A stretch of DNA of 64,000 nucleotides from Isurus oxyrinchus. Its lineage: Eukaryota. Below the pieces are notes generated by a model, which made no database searches, was not told where the DNA came from, and saw nothing but the letters and a program-made list of their open reading frames with translations. Positions 62,719-64,000 of this stretch are shown in pieces. Location of the stretch: assembly GCA_026770705.1 (NCBI GenBank), contig JANJGN010000016.1, positions 48,856,001-48,920,000 of the forward strand. The letters run 5' to 3'. Every line of letters starts with the position of its first letter. Position 1 is the stretch's first letter. Made by a program: the position numbers and the translations under genes.

Positions 62719-64000
62719 CTTTTCTTCTCCGCCGATGCTGCCAGACCTGCTGAGTTTTTCCAGGTAATTCTGTTTTTGTTTTGAATCTTTAGGGTACTTG
62801 GGCGGACAGTGGAGGATGAGGATTTTAAATAAGAGGGGAGTATGGAAACGATGGATAAGTGATTCTGCTATTTCATCATTGCTTCTATATTCATTGCAGG
62901 CAGGCAGAGAAAGTTCTAGCTGTCATTGCTGGTACCTGAAGTTTGACCCAGTTTTTTTTAGGGAGACACAGATGTGGCTGGTTAATCATTGCATAAATCA
63001 CATAATTGGTTGGATCATGGTGATTTGGGAATGAACACACTGTTTTTCAAAATTTGTTTTGAATCACATGTAACGGAAATAAAACTGTTAAAGGAAGATA
63101 TTCAGACAACTGAATAAAAGTACTCTAAACTTCAGCACTCCAAGCTTCCCCATAACTGTGAAATGGTGCGGAAATGTAGTTTTGATTGGTGAGCACATTT
63201 TTTTAAATGCTTCTAATGTTAAAAATCATTAAAATGAGTATTTGGATAAATGGAAAATGTCAATTCCTTCACCAGAGAAAGTGAAGTTTCTTGAAATAAA
63301 TTTGATGCTGGTCAGGAAGCTATGATAATGTTATTGGAATTTATTGTAAAATAGTAGTATCTGTGTCTATATGTGTGTGTGTGTGTGGGGGGGGCGGTGG
63401 GGGGGACTTGGAATTAAAGGCAGCTGGTCTGAAAACTTTGATGTATCAGAAGATAAGCTAGGTTTGAAATGTTGAATAGGTAAACATGGGGGAAGTTTTA
63501 GAATGTGAGGTAATGGGAACATCTGCATTTTTAAATAAACCAGACTAATTTGAATTCAAAAAGAGGGAGTAAAATGTTTTACCTAGTCAGGAGAAGTTAA
63601 GCAGTGTGTTTATTTTTCCCAAAGATTACTGGTAAAATTGGTATTGTGATAGATTTTATTATTAGAGAGGTGAAGTCCAAAGACATATTGAAACAATGGG
63701 AATTTGCATTCAATGGGGAAAATATGTATAAAGGAGTGAAGGCTGTGTGTAAGGATAGGCATTCTAAGATCTAACATGTGAAAAGCCTTTAGCATCTACG
63801 CCTCAAGTTGCTGTCCACAGAGTACTGAAGTTAAGGAAACTTACTTTGAATTGGATTGTTCAAGGTATCATGTTTCTTTGCCTGGGTTTTTAAAAATCTG
63901 TGTCTTACTGTTGCCTTATGGAGGTGTAACTGGGCGTCAGATTAATTAGGGGATTTAAAAGTTACTATAGTAGTAATTTATAGGCATTATATATGTGCTT

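Larger units (their letters stand above)
61660..62782. mobile_element. Palindromic PLE insertion (two inverted pseudo-LTRs with a 4-nt spacer); 11-bp TSD
   Basis: Centre cagaccgg-CCTT-ccggtctg (loop 62229-62232); identical 69-aa ORFs on opposite strands (62007-62216 and 62245-62454); TSD GAATCTTTAGG at 61649-61659 and 62783-62793. Confidence 0.95.
58160..62840 (-). mobile_element. Fragmented L2 LINE (~58160-58430, 59050-59560, 60170-60240, 60700-61650, 62795-62840) hosting nested MITEs, a SINE and a PLE
   Basis: ITSGIPQGLSLAP and YTYPDDTQLYL (RT motifs); LNFKVLIFALKSLFCLTSPHLCNFLQPY (L2 C-terminus); FPQLNIEKT. Confidence 0.75.

Noticed and set aside
1-64000. Other FAF1 exons, CRISPR arrays, rRNA or prokaryotic systems
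   Set aside because: No sequence encoding the expected flanking FAF1 peptides was seen by eye (a diverged exon could be missed); no regularly spaced repeats or operon-like gene density.

Overview
Vertebrate genomic DNA, most likely from a shark or other cartilaginous fish (judged from the repeat families; species not determinable here). The window is almost entirely intronic. The only host coding sequence I can support is one 106-nt + strand exon of FAF1 (22486-22591). The introns are filled with retroelements (CR1, L2, RTE, Deu-domain SINEs, Neptune-type Penelope-like elements [PLEs], probable solo LTRs) and DNA elements (a Harbinger-type element carrying a Myb/SANT gene, MITEs, a Helentron-like insert). 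Between them lie repeat-free AT-rich blocks that look like conserved non-coding elements. Most ORFs in the track are TE fragments or noise. Highlights: (1) a ~3.2 kb single-ORF APE-RT LINE whose 5' end is a tRNA-derived head with Pol III A/B boxes and whose sense strand is nearly free of TTTT; (2) young fold-back PLE insertions, including a ~1.1 kb near-perfect palindrome, carrying minimal hammerhead ribozymes with a non-canonical CUGUYGA core; (3) a PLE insertion whose target-site duplication (TSD) also encloses ~480 bp of unrelated cargo; (4) a Myb-only Harbinger derivative. Boundaries of old repeats are approximate (tens of bp). No database searches were run.
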